From Octopus vulgaris (taxonomy: Eukaryota), in assembly GCA_951406725.2 (NCBI GenBank), contig OX597826.1, positions 35,154,001 to 35,218,000 on the forward strand: DNA of 64,000 bases. Reading direction: 5' to 3'. Under the pieces are notes generated by a model, which ran no database searches, was not told the DNA's origin, and saw only the letters and a list, made by a program, of their open reading frames with translations. The position numbers and the translations under genes were made by a program. This document shows positions 26,526 through 39,623 of the stretch, piece after piece (within the stretch, counting starts at the first letter, position 1; each line of letters starts with the position of its first letter).

Positions 26526-27639
26526 GTAATCACTAAACTATATTATGTAACATCGTTTTTGTACTTGGCTTGCAAAATTCTTGATGTGAATTCATGATCT
26601 GAAAGAAACCTTATGTCTTGGGGTGTGCCATGATATACCCAGTACATTAAACAAACGATCGATCAGTGAGATATTTAACCAATTCACTGACAATGGAGTG
26701 ATATCGAGCCAGTACAAGTGTTATATTTGGCGTAATAACCCTCTGAAGACGCATTAATATTTTCAAATTTCTTCAAAACTTCTAAGAAAGATTAACATAA
26801 GAATGTTGAAGCTATTTTTCTTTAACGGCAGATATTTTGCAGAAACATTAGCAGACTTGTCAGTATGATCCCAAACTAAAACTGACAGGACACAGCAGCA
26901 ATGCCTTAAACTTTTATTTTAGCAAAACTATTTTCCTGTTGTCACCTCTGTCTGCTTCATAGATTTCTCATTAAAAGAATGGCTACAAATGCAAGGGAAT
27001 TATGCTGGACAAGGTTTGGGAAATGCAAAGTATTTTTAGATGAAGTAGAATTTTATAGATTTTACAGTAAAATCAATGATTTCTAAGTTGGTTGTAGAGA
27101 GAGAATTCCACCAGCACTAGAGGGAAAAAAATTAACGTGATTGAGTGGATTCAAATTGAAGCCCATAAAGGAGAGTTTTAAATATGCAACGATGAAGGAG
27201 CAGAGTAAAAGGGGTTGTAAATCCATTAGATAACATTCAACGTTCATGCAAAACGTTGCAACCTATTATCATACTCTGTTCACAGACATTCTGTTTGGTT
27301 AAGCATAAAATTACCATTTTCTTTGTGGACAGTAGAAGAATGAATGTATTTGCAGGTAGTCTCAATAGTGTTCGGCATCAGTAGAGGTTAAGATACTCCG
27401 TTGAAATTAATGAGATCTGCAGTTCATTGATAATGGAGATGATATAATACATGAGATCTATGTTGATTAATAGATAAGGATTTGTGAATACAAAAGGATT
27501 CATTTTCATCAGGTTATTACGATTGTGAGAGGCCATCAAATATTTTAATTAGATAAAACCATTGTAACCTATTTACTGTGTATATGCGTATATATATACA
27601 TGCATACACATACACACAGACACATATATAACCTGTGTG

Positions 27640-27688
<49 letters not shown>

Positions 27689-27709
27689 GTTTGTATTATC
27701 AACAATGAT

Positions 27710-28040
27710 TATTGAGTGAGAGAGCAGTCCTTCTAAGTGACGCTGGTGTATATATTTACGTAGCCCAATATAGCCACCATGACTACCCGTCTGGTATTGA
27801 TATACCAGGGATGTGTATCATAACCATATATGCGCGGCATGGTGACCTCATTTCAGCGCATGGCATTACAGGTGGGGCCCATTAGAATTCATTCTTCTTC
27901 ATGTCAATTAGCCCATCCCAGTCAAAACGATCCTGAGTAAAGTTTGTTTAAGGATGATGAACAAAACACCTAAGTTTTCAGAGATGAACTTCTCAAATCC
28001 TAAAGAATCCCTGTGAGGCTACCCTACTACTCCTGCTCGT
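27710..28040 (-). mobile_element. Degenerate inverted copy of the body of the 15149-17039 element
   Basis: ttgagtgagagagcag, catgactacccgtctg, gcatggtga, caggtggggccc, agcccatccc and gtttaaggatg are the reverse complements of blocks in ~16500-16845. Confidence 0.8.
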
Positions 28041-28074
28041 TGTGCACTGGGTCCACCTTGTTGTGCACGAGGAC

Positions 28075-28345
28075 CTCTTCTTCTTCTTGACTTTGCACAG
28101 CTTCTAGCGCTGGAGATGTACTACAGTGTCAGCTGTTTACTAACAGTGAACTAAGGTAACACCTCTTATTTTTCGAGCACCTTCCAGAGCATTCGAGCTG
28201 TTCCAAGCAGTGCTGTTTTCTGCAAGTGCTCCACCCTCATTGCAGCCCCTATTTCTTCCACTTACTTCTCGAGATTTTTACTTCCTGTTCCCAGGACTCC
28301 GACAATTATTGGTACTACTACCACCTTTTTCATCTGTCATACCCA
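28075..28345 (-). mobile_element. R4-type LINE 3' end with (GAA)n tail
   Basis: Minus strand MKKVVVVPIIVGVLGTGSKNLEK*VEEIGAAMRVEHLQKTALLGTARMLWKVLEK*. Confidence 0.8.
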
Positions 28346-28556
28346 TCGACTTCATTATTATTACTAATTTATGAAGATTGTCGAAACTCTTCAAACAGGT
28401 AAATAAACAAGACGAAATAGCGCGATGCGATTTGTAATAATGGAAAATGAATTTGCTTATCAAAATGAACGAATTGAACAATACTTTAAGAGATTCTGTT
28501 TTCCACGTGTTCAAAATGTAAACTGAAAAGAACGTAGAAATCGCATCTCACTTTCT

Positions 28557-28557
<1 letters not shown>

Positions 28558-28599
<42 letters not shown>

Positions 28600-28815
28600 T
28601 TTTTTTTTTCTTCTTTCAAATTTTCTTCCATTTCTTGCCGAGTGTCTTCCCGACTCCTAGGGCAAAGAAACTCATAGTGTATATTGGTAGGCCATTAAAC
28701 CAAACTCAGTAGTTCGTTAATTTTTTTTATTTTTTTTTTAAAGTTAAATTAAAATACATGAGCAGCAACAGTTCTCACATCGACAATGCTCTTCTCAATA
28801 CGTGTGATGTACCAG
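28558..28815 (-). mobile_element. R4/Dong-type LINE extreme 3' end + 3' UTR + (AAT)n tail
   Basis: Minus strand GTSHVLRRALSM* parallels GTAHILRRTLSIQ* of the 8683 element; then UTR and (AAT)n at 28558-28597. Confidence 0.65.
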
Positions 28816-29054
28816 CCTGTCGTATATATGTATATATATATATATATAAGTGTGTGTGTATATGTTTGTGTGTCTGTGTTTGTCCCCCTAGCATTGCTTG
28901 ACAACCGATGCTGGTGTGTTTACGTCCCCGTCACTTAGCGGTTCGGCAAAAGAGACCGATAAAATAAGTACTGGGCTTACAAAGAATAAGTCCCGAGGTC
29001 GATTTGCTCGACTAAATGCGGTGCTCCAGCATGGCCGCAGTCAAATGACTGAAA
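28814..29054 (+). mobile_element. 3' half of SINE family A, near-identical inverted copy of 29521-29769
   Basis: Direct comparison shows one substitution in the non-microsatellite part. Confidence 0.9.
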
Positions 29055-29199
29055 TATTATTATTATTATTATTATTATCATTATTATTATTATTATTATT
29101 ATTACAAGTTTCTGCTGCACCCATCTGTGGCAAGTCCGTATTGCGTGCGTAGGTGCTTCTGGTAAAATGGTCTTCTTTTACGCTGCTTTTGAATTATTG

Positions 29200-29350
29200 G
29201 TTGCATTCCGGGTGGAATGATTAGCAGCAGTTCGTCCGTTTTTACGTTCTGAGTTCAAATTCCGCCGAGATCGACCTTAGCCTTTTATCCTTTTGGGATC
29301 GATGAAATAAGTACCAGCTGAATGCTAAGGTCGATGCTCCTGGGCCTTGC
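29200..29350 (+). mobile_element. SINE family B, truncated
   Basis: gttctgagttcaaattccgccgagatcgac...aaataagtaccag. Confidence 0.75.
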
Positions 29351-29494
29351 GTCAACATATGAGACCTGTATCGTTATTATATCTTTGGCTATAAAACATG
29401 CACGGACACATACACACAAACGCTCAAATCTTTTGTGATGTACCTTCCTTAATGTGTTCTTCATATAAACCTTTGCAGTTAATAATGAAACCCT

Positions 29495-29925
29495 TACTCT
29501 CTCTTTACTCTTTTTACTTGTTTCAGTCATTTGACTGCGGCCATGCTGGAGCACCGCCTTTAGTCGAGCAAATCGACCTCGGGACTTATTCTTTGTAAGC
29601 CCAGTACTTATTTTATCGGTCTCTTTTGCCGAACCGCTAAGTGACGGGGACGTAAACACACCAGCATCGGTTGTCAAGCAATGCTAGGGGGACAAACACA
29701 GACACACAAACATATACACACACACTTATATATATATATATATACATATATACATATATACGACAGGCTTCTTTCAGTTTCCGTCTACCAAATCCACTCA
29801 CAAGGCATTGGTCGGCCCGGTGCTATAGCAGAAGACACTTGCCCAAGATGGCACGCAGTGGGACTGAACCCGGAACCATGTGGTTGGTTAGCAAGCTACT
29901 TACCACACAGCCACTCCTGCGCCTA
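29495..29925 (-). mobile_element. SINE family A, full length
   Basis: Reverse complement of the complete family A structure. Confidence 0.9.
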
Positions 29926-30352
29926 TTATTATTATAATTGTTGTTCTTTTGGTCACTATTGTTATCAACATTCCAAATTTTTTTATTATCAGATGTATCA
30001 TTGTCATCATTATAATTTTTGATATTTTCTCGTCATTGCAGCACCTGTTAAACATTTCCGGTTTCCTCCCCCACCTCTAATTCCTCTTCCTCCTCTTTCT
30101 TCCGTTATATTCAAACTCTAACCCTTCTATTTCCTCTTCTAACATAAACGCCACCTGGTCCCTTTTTGCTTCATATTTACAGCAGATCATTTGAACAACA
30201 CTGTTCCTTTGCTGTAAATTTATATTTTACAAACATTGTTTTTATTCATAAATGTTATGGCAAAATAACGCGTATGATATCTGTCTATCCACTTATCTGT
30301 TTTTCTATACACGCACACACACATATATCAACATATATAAACATAAACACCC

Positions 30353-30385
<33 letters not shown>

Positions 30386-31275
30386 CACATGCATATGAAT
30401 ATGCGCATGTGTGCCTCTGTGTATGTGTGTGCGAGAGAGAGAGAGGTAGTATGTATGCACATTTGTATGTATGAGTAAATTGTTTCAACCACACAATGTG
30501 ATTTTCAGCTGCGCAGCTGGAAAAATACGCTTCCACATATACGGTTACCAGTAAATAGATATACAGACACCTGAAATTTAAAGAATTTACCATATTTAAT
30601 ACAAAGATAAATTCTGAAATATATCTCGCATTTTATACTGAAGGAAACACAAACAGAAGTTGTAAAAATATTTTCACATACCTCTTCATCGGTCTCTTTG
30701 CATGTTTTGCGACATATATTACATATATATTCACTACACACACACTCATGACTTCGGAAAAAAGAGCACACATTAAAAACATGTCTTTGAGCAGCAATAT
30801 TTTATGTAATCTTTGGTTATCGTAAGTCAGAAGGTAACCATTACTTTCACGTTTAGAATTGCTCTTAGCAGTACAGGCGACTACTCAGATCCGATGACCG
30901 GTAGAATATAGCTTGTTTAGGCTGTGAAAAGATACCCTGAAATGAAATATGTCGAAGACAAAACCCCTTCGGGTGAGATGTAGTTGTCTGTCTTTGAACG
31001 GTTCCAGTTGTGCCTGAGAGATTTAGTTTATGTACGATTTCCCTTCATTAATTAGGAAACGCAGAAGTCTATTAGTGAAGAGGTCATGTGACTTCGACCA
31101 GCGAGTCTAATGAGTTGCCTATATTACTAAACGCAATAATAGATTTGCAACCAATGATAAATATCTGACCGGGAATAACCACTGGCCACATAGATATGGG
31201 TATGTATTAGTGTGTCTGTGTTTGTGTGCATGTATGTATTTTGTATATTATATATATACATATATTTGTGTGTGC

Positions 31276-31316
<41 letters not shown>

Positions 31317-31823
31317 CATACAATGTGTGTGTGCATGTGTGTATGCATGCATGTATGTACGATGTATATATCAAAATACTTGATGAGAGCTACTAAAACC
31401 AAGTGTTTCTCAATCACAAATAAATATATGTAGAAATAGGCCAATGCGATTGTCTCTAGATGGTTGCACGTTCCAGAAGGAATAGCAGATACCGTAGTGT
31501 TTGACAAAAATTAAAATGACAATCTTAGGTACCAAAAGTTAACGGACAGGTCGGAATTTGCATACATTGGATTGAATGATATCTCTTAGCTCATGTTTTA
31601 CGATTGAACCACCGATATAAGAGACAGCGATAAAATTAGGTGGCTATCCTGTCAGGCACAGTAAAGATTCTTATATTTGTTTGCGTCTTTCTCTTTTAAC
31701 AAAAAGTCATTTGTATGCTGTTGTCTCAATATCGTTAGAAAAATAGCTTTATTTCATGTTTAAGTTTATATCTAGTCTGAATTTGTGAAATGGTTTACTC
31801 CTCATTGTTAATGGTATATCAAG

Positions 31824-32268
31824 AAGGTGAGCTGGCAGAATCGTTAGGTCGCCGGAAAAAATGCTTAGCAGAGTTTCGTCATTCTTTACGATCTAGATTC
31901 AAATTCCGCCGAGGTCGACATTGCCTTTCAGCTTTTGGGGTATCGATAAATTAAGTACCAGTGAAGCACTGGGGTCAATGTAATCGACTCGTCTCCTCCC
32001 CTAAAACTTCAGGTTTTGTGTCTTTCGTAGAAAGGATTATTAATGCCATATCAAGGGAACGAGGTGGCAGAATCGTTAGGTCTACGGGAAAATGATTAAC
32101 GGCATTTCATCCCCCTCTGTGTTTTGCGTTCAAATTCGGGCGAGATTGACTTTGCCTTTCCTCATTTTGGGCCCGAGGATAGAAATTCCAGTCAAGCACA
32201 GGGGTCAATGTAATCGATTAGCTCCCTCCCCCAAATCTTAACCCTTGTGCCTATAGTGGAAAGAATTA
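31824..32268 (+). mobile_element. SINE family B dimer
   Basis: Units at ~31824 and ~32056, separated and flanked by TAATG(G/C)(T/C)ATAT copies. Confidence 0.85.
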
Positions 32269-32814
32269 GTAATGGTATATTATCATATTACAAAAGTTTC
32301 ATAATGCCGTGTTTTGTATTGTATGTCAAACGTGCCAGTTTTCGAATAGGCTTTTTGCTCGAAACCTTCACACCCGATGAACTTAACTGTTTAATAAAAT
32401 CAGTGGTTACCTTTCAAATTTGATCAAACTTTACACACATTTACATATGCACAGACGTACAAATATATGTGCATGTTTGCGTGCAAATATGTATGTGATT
32501 GTGAATAAGTGAGTGAGTGAGAGAGAGAGATAACAGAATCTTTAGTATAACATATAAAATACTAGGCTGCACTTTTTCTTGCTATTCATTTTGAGTCCTT
32601 TACTTTTCATTCCTTCCTGTCAATAAAATATGAACCAAGCATGCACTGGGGTCGATGTAAATCGACCACCTTCATCCCCTAAAATTGCTGGCCTTGTGTT
32701 AGAAAGAAAAATGTATTTTATTCACATATTCGCATATCAAATGGCGGTGCCTCAGCATGGCCACAGCTCGTGAGCTGAAACTAGATGAAATAAAATTTTA
32801 AAATATATGTAGGC

Positions 32815-32961
32815 CTAGCAGGGGCTGTGTGGCAAGTAGCTTGATTACCAACCACATGGTTCCGGGTTCAGTCCCACTGCGTGGCACCTTGAGCAAATGT
32901 ATGTCTTCTACTATAGCCTCGGGCCGACCAAAGCCTTGTGAGTGGATTTGGTAAGTCCGTC

Positions 32962-33033
<72 letters not shown>

Positions 33034-33295
33034 TGTATGTATATATATGTATATATATATATGTATATATATGCGTGTGTGTGTTTGTATGTCTGTGTTT
33101 GTCCCCCTACCATTGCTTGACAACCGATGCTGGTGTGTTTATGTCCCCGTTACTTAGCGGTTCGGCAAATGAGACCGATAGAATAAGTACTGGGCTTACA
33201 TAGAATAAGTCCCGGGGTCGATTTGCTCGACTAAAGGCGGTGCTCCAGCATGGCCGCAGTCAAATGACTGAAACAAGTAAAAGTGTAAAAGTGTA
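32815..33295 (+). mobile_element. SINE family A, full length
   Basis: ggctgtgtggcaagtagcttg...ggttccgggttcagtccc...(TA)n...cagtcaaatgactgaaacaagtaaaag. Confidence 0.9.
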
Positions 33296-34003
33296 TATAT
33301 TAAGGGCCTCAGTTTGCAGCGGCAAAAGTCCATGGCATCGACGTAAAATACTTTTTACTTGAAAATCATCACCGAAATCTGATCTGTTTGAGAATATTTT
33401 TGAGAATTGTTTTGAGAATTGTTTGAGAATTGCCTATTTGCCAAAATAGACAAGTAGCACTTTCTTTGGATTGCATTGTTTTACGTTGCACCATCTAACT
33501 ACGTCTGTAATTCATATTCAGCTATATTCTATCGTTTCTTTACCAAAACATCTGTCCTCACACTCTGTCTGTAGGCTGTTTTAACTCTCTATAAATGTTT
33601 TTATTCCTTCAGACATTTTCTACTGATGATATAATCAGTAACTACTGCACGAAAATACAAGCAAAAGAATACGGAAACAGAAACTAGAATTTATAAAACA
33701 AAACAAAAAGAAAATAGAGAACTAATTGCAATAAGATTATGCCATTAATGTGTACAATGTGAATCATCTACAAAAGAACCTTAGCCATTTCAGTTTTAAA
33801 ACGTAATGGCAAGAATACAAATAAAAGAATCAGGCAGGAAGAAAGTTGTTTGCAGATCTATTAATGATCTTTATGTAGCGTGTACTTCGATACACCTTGG
33901 TGTACAAGACTTCCTGTATATTGTCAAGTGGGAGTCAATGATTAAATGTCTATGTATGTATGTATATATGTATGTATATGTATATATGTATATGTATATA
34001 TAT

Positions 34004-34068
<65 letters not shown>

Positions 34069-34589
34069 TATATATATATATGTACGCATGTATATATATA
34101 AACATACACAGAGGCGGATAAACACATCAATTCCCAGAGCAACCTTTTATGTAATTAGTAACCATTGTTGTTTCTTAGTATTTTCTGTTTTGTTTTTTTA
34201 ATGTTGTTTTCCCTGCTTTTCTGGTCGATTCTTTTTCTTTTTATGTTTATGTCATTTTTATTGCTTTTGTTCGTTTTCTTTTACCTTTTGTTTTTAGAGG
34301 CAATCTAGTAGACATCAATCTTTCATGCTGACTTAGCAGTATGACAGAGGTATTTCGGTGCCATTTTTCATGTGCAGATAATTTTGCTGCCGGACATATG
34401 ACTTGCGTGGTGTACAAGAAATAGAAAGGGGGGAGGTAAGGGACGGAAAAGGGGAGAGAGGAGAAAAGGGAAGATACACAACCAACCCTCCTGTTTTTCT
34501 AAATGACAGAAACGTTCCTGACAGCTTCCTGTCTCACTTCCATTAGACTCGCTATTATTGTCGTACTTGGCTTCCTACAATGAAAGCAA

Positions 34590-35690
34590 TAATAGTATCA
34601 ACAACAATAACAGCAGCCTTCTTAATAATGGTCATAATGATGATGATGATGATGATGATGATGATCATAATGTGGAGGCGGAGGAGGAGGAGGAGGGGGA
34701 AGACAATAATGACCAGGATAGTGATTGAGAGGAACATGGCGGTGTGACGGTTACGCCGATGTTAGCAGTATTCACGGTGTTGTAGCTGTTGTTTCTAGTT
34801 TTAGTAGTGGTAGTTGTAGTGATGGTGGTAGTACTAGCAGTAGTGGTAGTAGTAGTATCAGTAGTAGTAGTAGTAGTATCAGTAGTAGTAGTAGTAGTAG
34901 TAGTAATAGTAGTAGCGGTGGTGGTAGAAGTAGCGGTGATGGTGGTGGAATTAGTAGTAGCAGCAGCAGTAGTAGCAGTTGTAGTAGTAGTAGCAGTAGC
35001 AGCGGTGGTGGTGGTGGTAGAGGTAGTGGTGGTGGTGGTGGAAGTAACAGTAGTAGTAGTAGCGTTGGTGGTTGTAGTTGTGGTGGTGGTGGAATTACTA
35101 CTACTAGTAGTAGTAGTTTACATGTAGCCATATATATGCATTGAAATGTTAAGGGGAGAGTGTAGAAAGTTTCTTGGGATCCTTATTTACTGAAGCCAGA
35201 ATCGAATGGAAATAAATGGATCTGAACAGAATCCATGAAACAACGCAGATTTAAGTGAGTGGAACAGTTTTGGCTAAGAAAAGATGCAATTACGAGTGTG
35301 ATGGTGGTGGATGATGGCGGTGACGATGATGGCGATGATGATGATGTTATCACTCATTACGACTCGCATCAAGCGCAAAAATTTTCTGAATTTGTAAAAA
35401 TAAACGAGGAAGCAAATATTAAGATTATCAAAATAGCAATCAAAAACGTTATCATTAGTATCATCATCATCATCATCATCATCATCATCGTCATCATCAT
35501 CATCGTCATCATCATCATCGTCATCATCATCATCGTCATCATCATCATCATCAGTCATTACCAACATCATATTTAACGTCGTCGTAATTGTCATCGTTGT
35601 CGTTGCCAACAGCAGCAGAAGAAGCAGCAGCAGCAGCAGCAATAGTAGCTGTGTCCACGTCATCCTTGTCGTCACTGAGTTCGTCAGCGT
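34590..35690. repeat. Compound trinucleotide low-complexity block (GAT, GGA, GTA/GTG/GCA, CAT, CAG)
   Basis: Direct reading; similar blocks at 38570-38710, 39410-39750 and 62585-62745. Confidence 0.9.
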
Positions 35691-38600
35691 TCTTATTATT
35701 CTCATGAGAACCCTCCACTCATCCACGACCCAAGATCCCTATCTCCATGGCTGCTTCTCTTGATTGGGTTTGCAACCACATCCTTAATGCTGTGAACAGT
35801 TACAATCTTGCATTATAATGTCGGTGAGATGAAACAAACCAGGCACTTGCAGTTTTTTTCTTGATCCTCCATCGATCCCACTGAACAATTTTGTGAGAGA
35901 CGTGAGAGAAATGAAAACTACATAGAGGCATTTCGAAGGATCTGTTTTTGCTGTTGTGTACAGAACTTTATCGTTCTGTTAAACACTACGATCTACTTCC
36001 TTGACTACAATTAGCGATTTCCATTATAATAGAAGAATCGGGTCGAGGTGACCCGTAGAGGATACATTTATCCCTTCGATCCACCGATCATGGAGGTTCT
36101 AAAAAGGATCAAGATAATCTTGATCCTTTGTTTATTCGTTTCGGCCTTTACAAGGCCACAAACGTCCTTTTACATTACTGTCCGTTTCTTTCTCACTGTT
36201 TTCAAGAAATTCTTCATGATCCCCGTACAAGAACACACTGTAAACTTTCAGTGAACAACAAGACAGCTATTTTCAAGTCCATTATTCTCCATATTTCAAT
36301 CGCAGCACATAAGAGATCATTTGGCTTATAAAATTCAATCAAATGCGAGTATTCAGAGCGAGTTAAGCACGTGACAGCCAAATTCTTTGCTTATATCTTT
36401 TGGCACGTTGATGCTGATTTCTTTGAGTGCATTTCTACTTGCAATATGCATGTGAACACACATGCACACGTATATATGCATATATATGTATACATACAGA
36501 CATATATATGTATCTATGTATATCACTACACACACACACACACACACACATACACACATATTTACACAAACATACCTATACATTCTTTCGTACACCAAGA
36601 TATTTCCCACCTCCCTCTCCCTCTATCTCCCTTTCTCTCTCTCCCCATTCTTTCTCTCCTTCTCTCTCTCCTCTTCTCTTTCTCTTCTTCTCTCTCTCTC
36701 TCTATATATATGTGTGTGTGTGTGCATATTTGGGCGTGTATACATCTATACATGCGAATATATATATGTACACACACGCACATATATTCACACTTGCTTA
36801 TTCACTTACTTCCTTTCATAAATATGTCTGTACAGAAGTGTAAATATTTCAGAAAATTTCTTTCTTTTTCAACTGAGTCTCTTATCTTTTATAAAGTAAA
36901 ATAAGTACACTTATCTCGAACCTATCTCTTCTTTCACCTTCATCTTAATAACATATTTTCACGTCACATACTTTTGTCTTTCCTCATTGCAATATTTTCA
37001 TTTGTTTTTCATTATTCTCTATTCATATTTACGTGTAAGAATCTAGATCCACTGCCATTTATCATCATTTGTTTCTTTTCATATTATATATTTATGAAAT
37101 CTAAGCTTCATCTGTTTCCTTTAGAAGTGAGCTTTTATTTCGGTGAGAGTTTTGGAGAATAGAGGAAGATTCAAAAGTCATACTTCCCTTCTGCTTTATT
37201 TTTCTTGCACAAAAGCCTTACTTTCTATACTTCACTTTTGCTGTTCATTTTGTACTATGACGAATTGAAGTTACAAAGATACCAAATAATACTTTGTTCC
37301 TTTTGGTTGTTTACCCCCGGCTGAGCCCTTGACAGGAGGATTTATGTCCAAACGCCTTCCAGCAGCATCTACCATCACCTTCAACTGTATATGGAGGACA
37401 ACAAATTTCAAATGGGCCTTTTTGATTTTAGCGACATTGGTGTGTAATTTCAAGTGAGTTTTTCTGTTATAGCTAGCACAATAATTAGCCTTACATATAT
37501 TCATCTCATTTTGTGCCCTGTAGCTTTTACGATGACTATAATGATATAAATAGGCATCAAATTTATTATATTTGCTTAGGGTTAGAGTGCTAGATCTCTC
37601 TAATCAGCAGATCGTATCCACTGCTCACACTGGACACTATAATATATAAGGGCTAAAGCACAGTTCTAACCGCCTCTAGCTGTCACGTTCTGGATGACCA
37701 AATGCGTCTGATTTGGGAGGCCGAATGTTTGGTCGATATTCTCTCGCGACTGCACAGACACCGAAAAACAATTAGCAAAGATCAGAGTATTTGTTCTCAA
37801 GTCCATCTTGCTTATAAACATTCCTAACAGTATTGAGCCATTTTCTTCCTGATTCAAAGCTATAACAAATTTGCCATATTCTCACAAGCAGAGTGGAACC
37901 AACATTGCACCATTTATTCTCCGTACAAAGATACTCCACTATTGAATCATTTTCTCCTTGGTACAAATATTTTCGAGTAGTCAGCCATTTTGTCCTTGGT
38001 ACAAACATGGCATAAATATTTTTTCGTTTTTCAGCAATTTCGAATATATATCTGTATTATAATATTTCCTCGCAGGTACAAGTATACATATATATATAAA
38101 TATATATTGCCATATCTCCTGATAGAAAGCCATACAGGTCGTTTGCAGCTGTTTCACTGATACAAACACACACCAGTGGTGCTTTTTTGCCATTTTATTC
38201 TCGCTCTATAAACATGTCTTTCATTCTTTTAGATTTATATGAATATATGTTGTTTTTTTTGTGTTCTCGGTGCTGGAGTGGAAATTGCATCTTCCTCACA
38301 GAAAAGTAACCAATATTTTGTACATAACTTTTCAATGTCATTTTGCTTTTGGTCATGATATTTTCAGATTTGCTTTTCGAAAAACCAATTCTCTTTTATC
38401 CTGTTTTATGTGGTCCTAATCTTTTCAGAGAGGAAAATAAACAACCATGAAAATCTCCTACAACTATATACATATATGTAGGTGTGTGTGTGTACGTGTG
38501 TGTGTGTGTGTGTGTGTGCATGTGTGCTGGTGGATTTATCTCGAAAAGAAAGAAAAATTGCGATAATAAATAATAACAATGATATTTATGATGATGATGA

Positions 38601-39552
38601 TGATCATGCTGATAGCGACGATGATGGCGACAACAACAACGACATAACGACGATGACAGCTACGCCGACGATGATGACGACAATGATAATAATAATAATG
38701 ATGATGATGTTGTTTAGATATAGGTAGATGAAGTAGACCTGTAATGAAATAGCTCCATCCGTGACTATTCCGTATATTATCAAATGTTTAAGGGATTCAG
38801 GTTCACATATTACGCAATGTCGTTTTTAGGACTCTAAGCTGTGGTTTAAAGGTCGTTTAATTGACGTTTCTGACAGATCGGGCGACCGCAGAAAAGCTTT
38901 TTCATTGGTTACTAACTATAACCAATGTGGAACACAAGTTTATTTATTACTTATTGATTAAAAATATAACTTAGTACTGCCTCTTAAGCAACTCTGTTTA
39001 CTAAATCTTCAAGCAAGTGACTTTTAAATTCCGGTTTCTAAAATAAACTTTATATAAACATTCCCTGGTTTAAACTAGTGTGCTTAATGTTTGGTTAATG
39101 TGGTGGAGATAAAACTTACAATATGTTAGCTATATTAGTTGATCTGCAACACGGAATAAATCTCAATAGATGAAATGAATAAATGTAAGAGAACCAGAAG
39201 TCTCAAGTGGGTGTTTTCTATCAACTCTTACTTTGCTACAGAAGTTGAAATGTTTCTGCATAATATTACACTTACAGTAAAATCTCTTGTGTAACAGCGC
39301 GCATTTGCAATAAATTTCACTTCACACACACCGTGAGCAAACAAGGAACTGTATAGAGTTCCCATTAAAATGGTTCTGATATTTTTGATGTTTAGTTTTA
39401 TTGAAATAAATCATCATCATCATCGTCATCATCATCTTCATCATGATCATCATTATTATGAACATTACTTACGTCACCATAAACACTACTACTACTACTT
39501 CTGTTCTTTATCCGCCTCCCCATACTACTACTATTGCTACTACTACTACTAT

Positions 39553-39623
<71 letters not shown>

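Noticed and set aside
28898-29677. Duplicated peptide MTTDAGVFTSPSLSGSAKETDK as a gene pair
   Set aside because: Both are translations of the SINE family A tail.
33385-33432. Four copies of TTTGAGAAT(T/A)
   Set aside because: Short slippage-type tandem repeat with no further structure.
34725-35726. Poly-S/G, poly-V, poly-D and poly-I ORFs
   Set aside because: Trinucleotide microsatellite open in several frames, with no domain, splice context or codon structure.
37271-37504. 77 aa minus ORF with a possible acceptor site (catatacag)
   Set aside because: No recognisable domain and a weak donor; more likely a decayed repeat.
37577-37588. Telomere-like TTAGGGTTAGAG
   Set aside because: Under two units; not significant.
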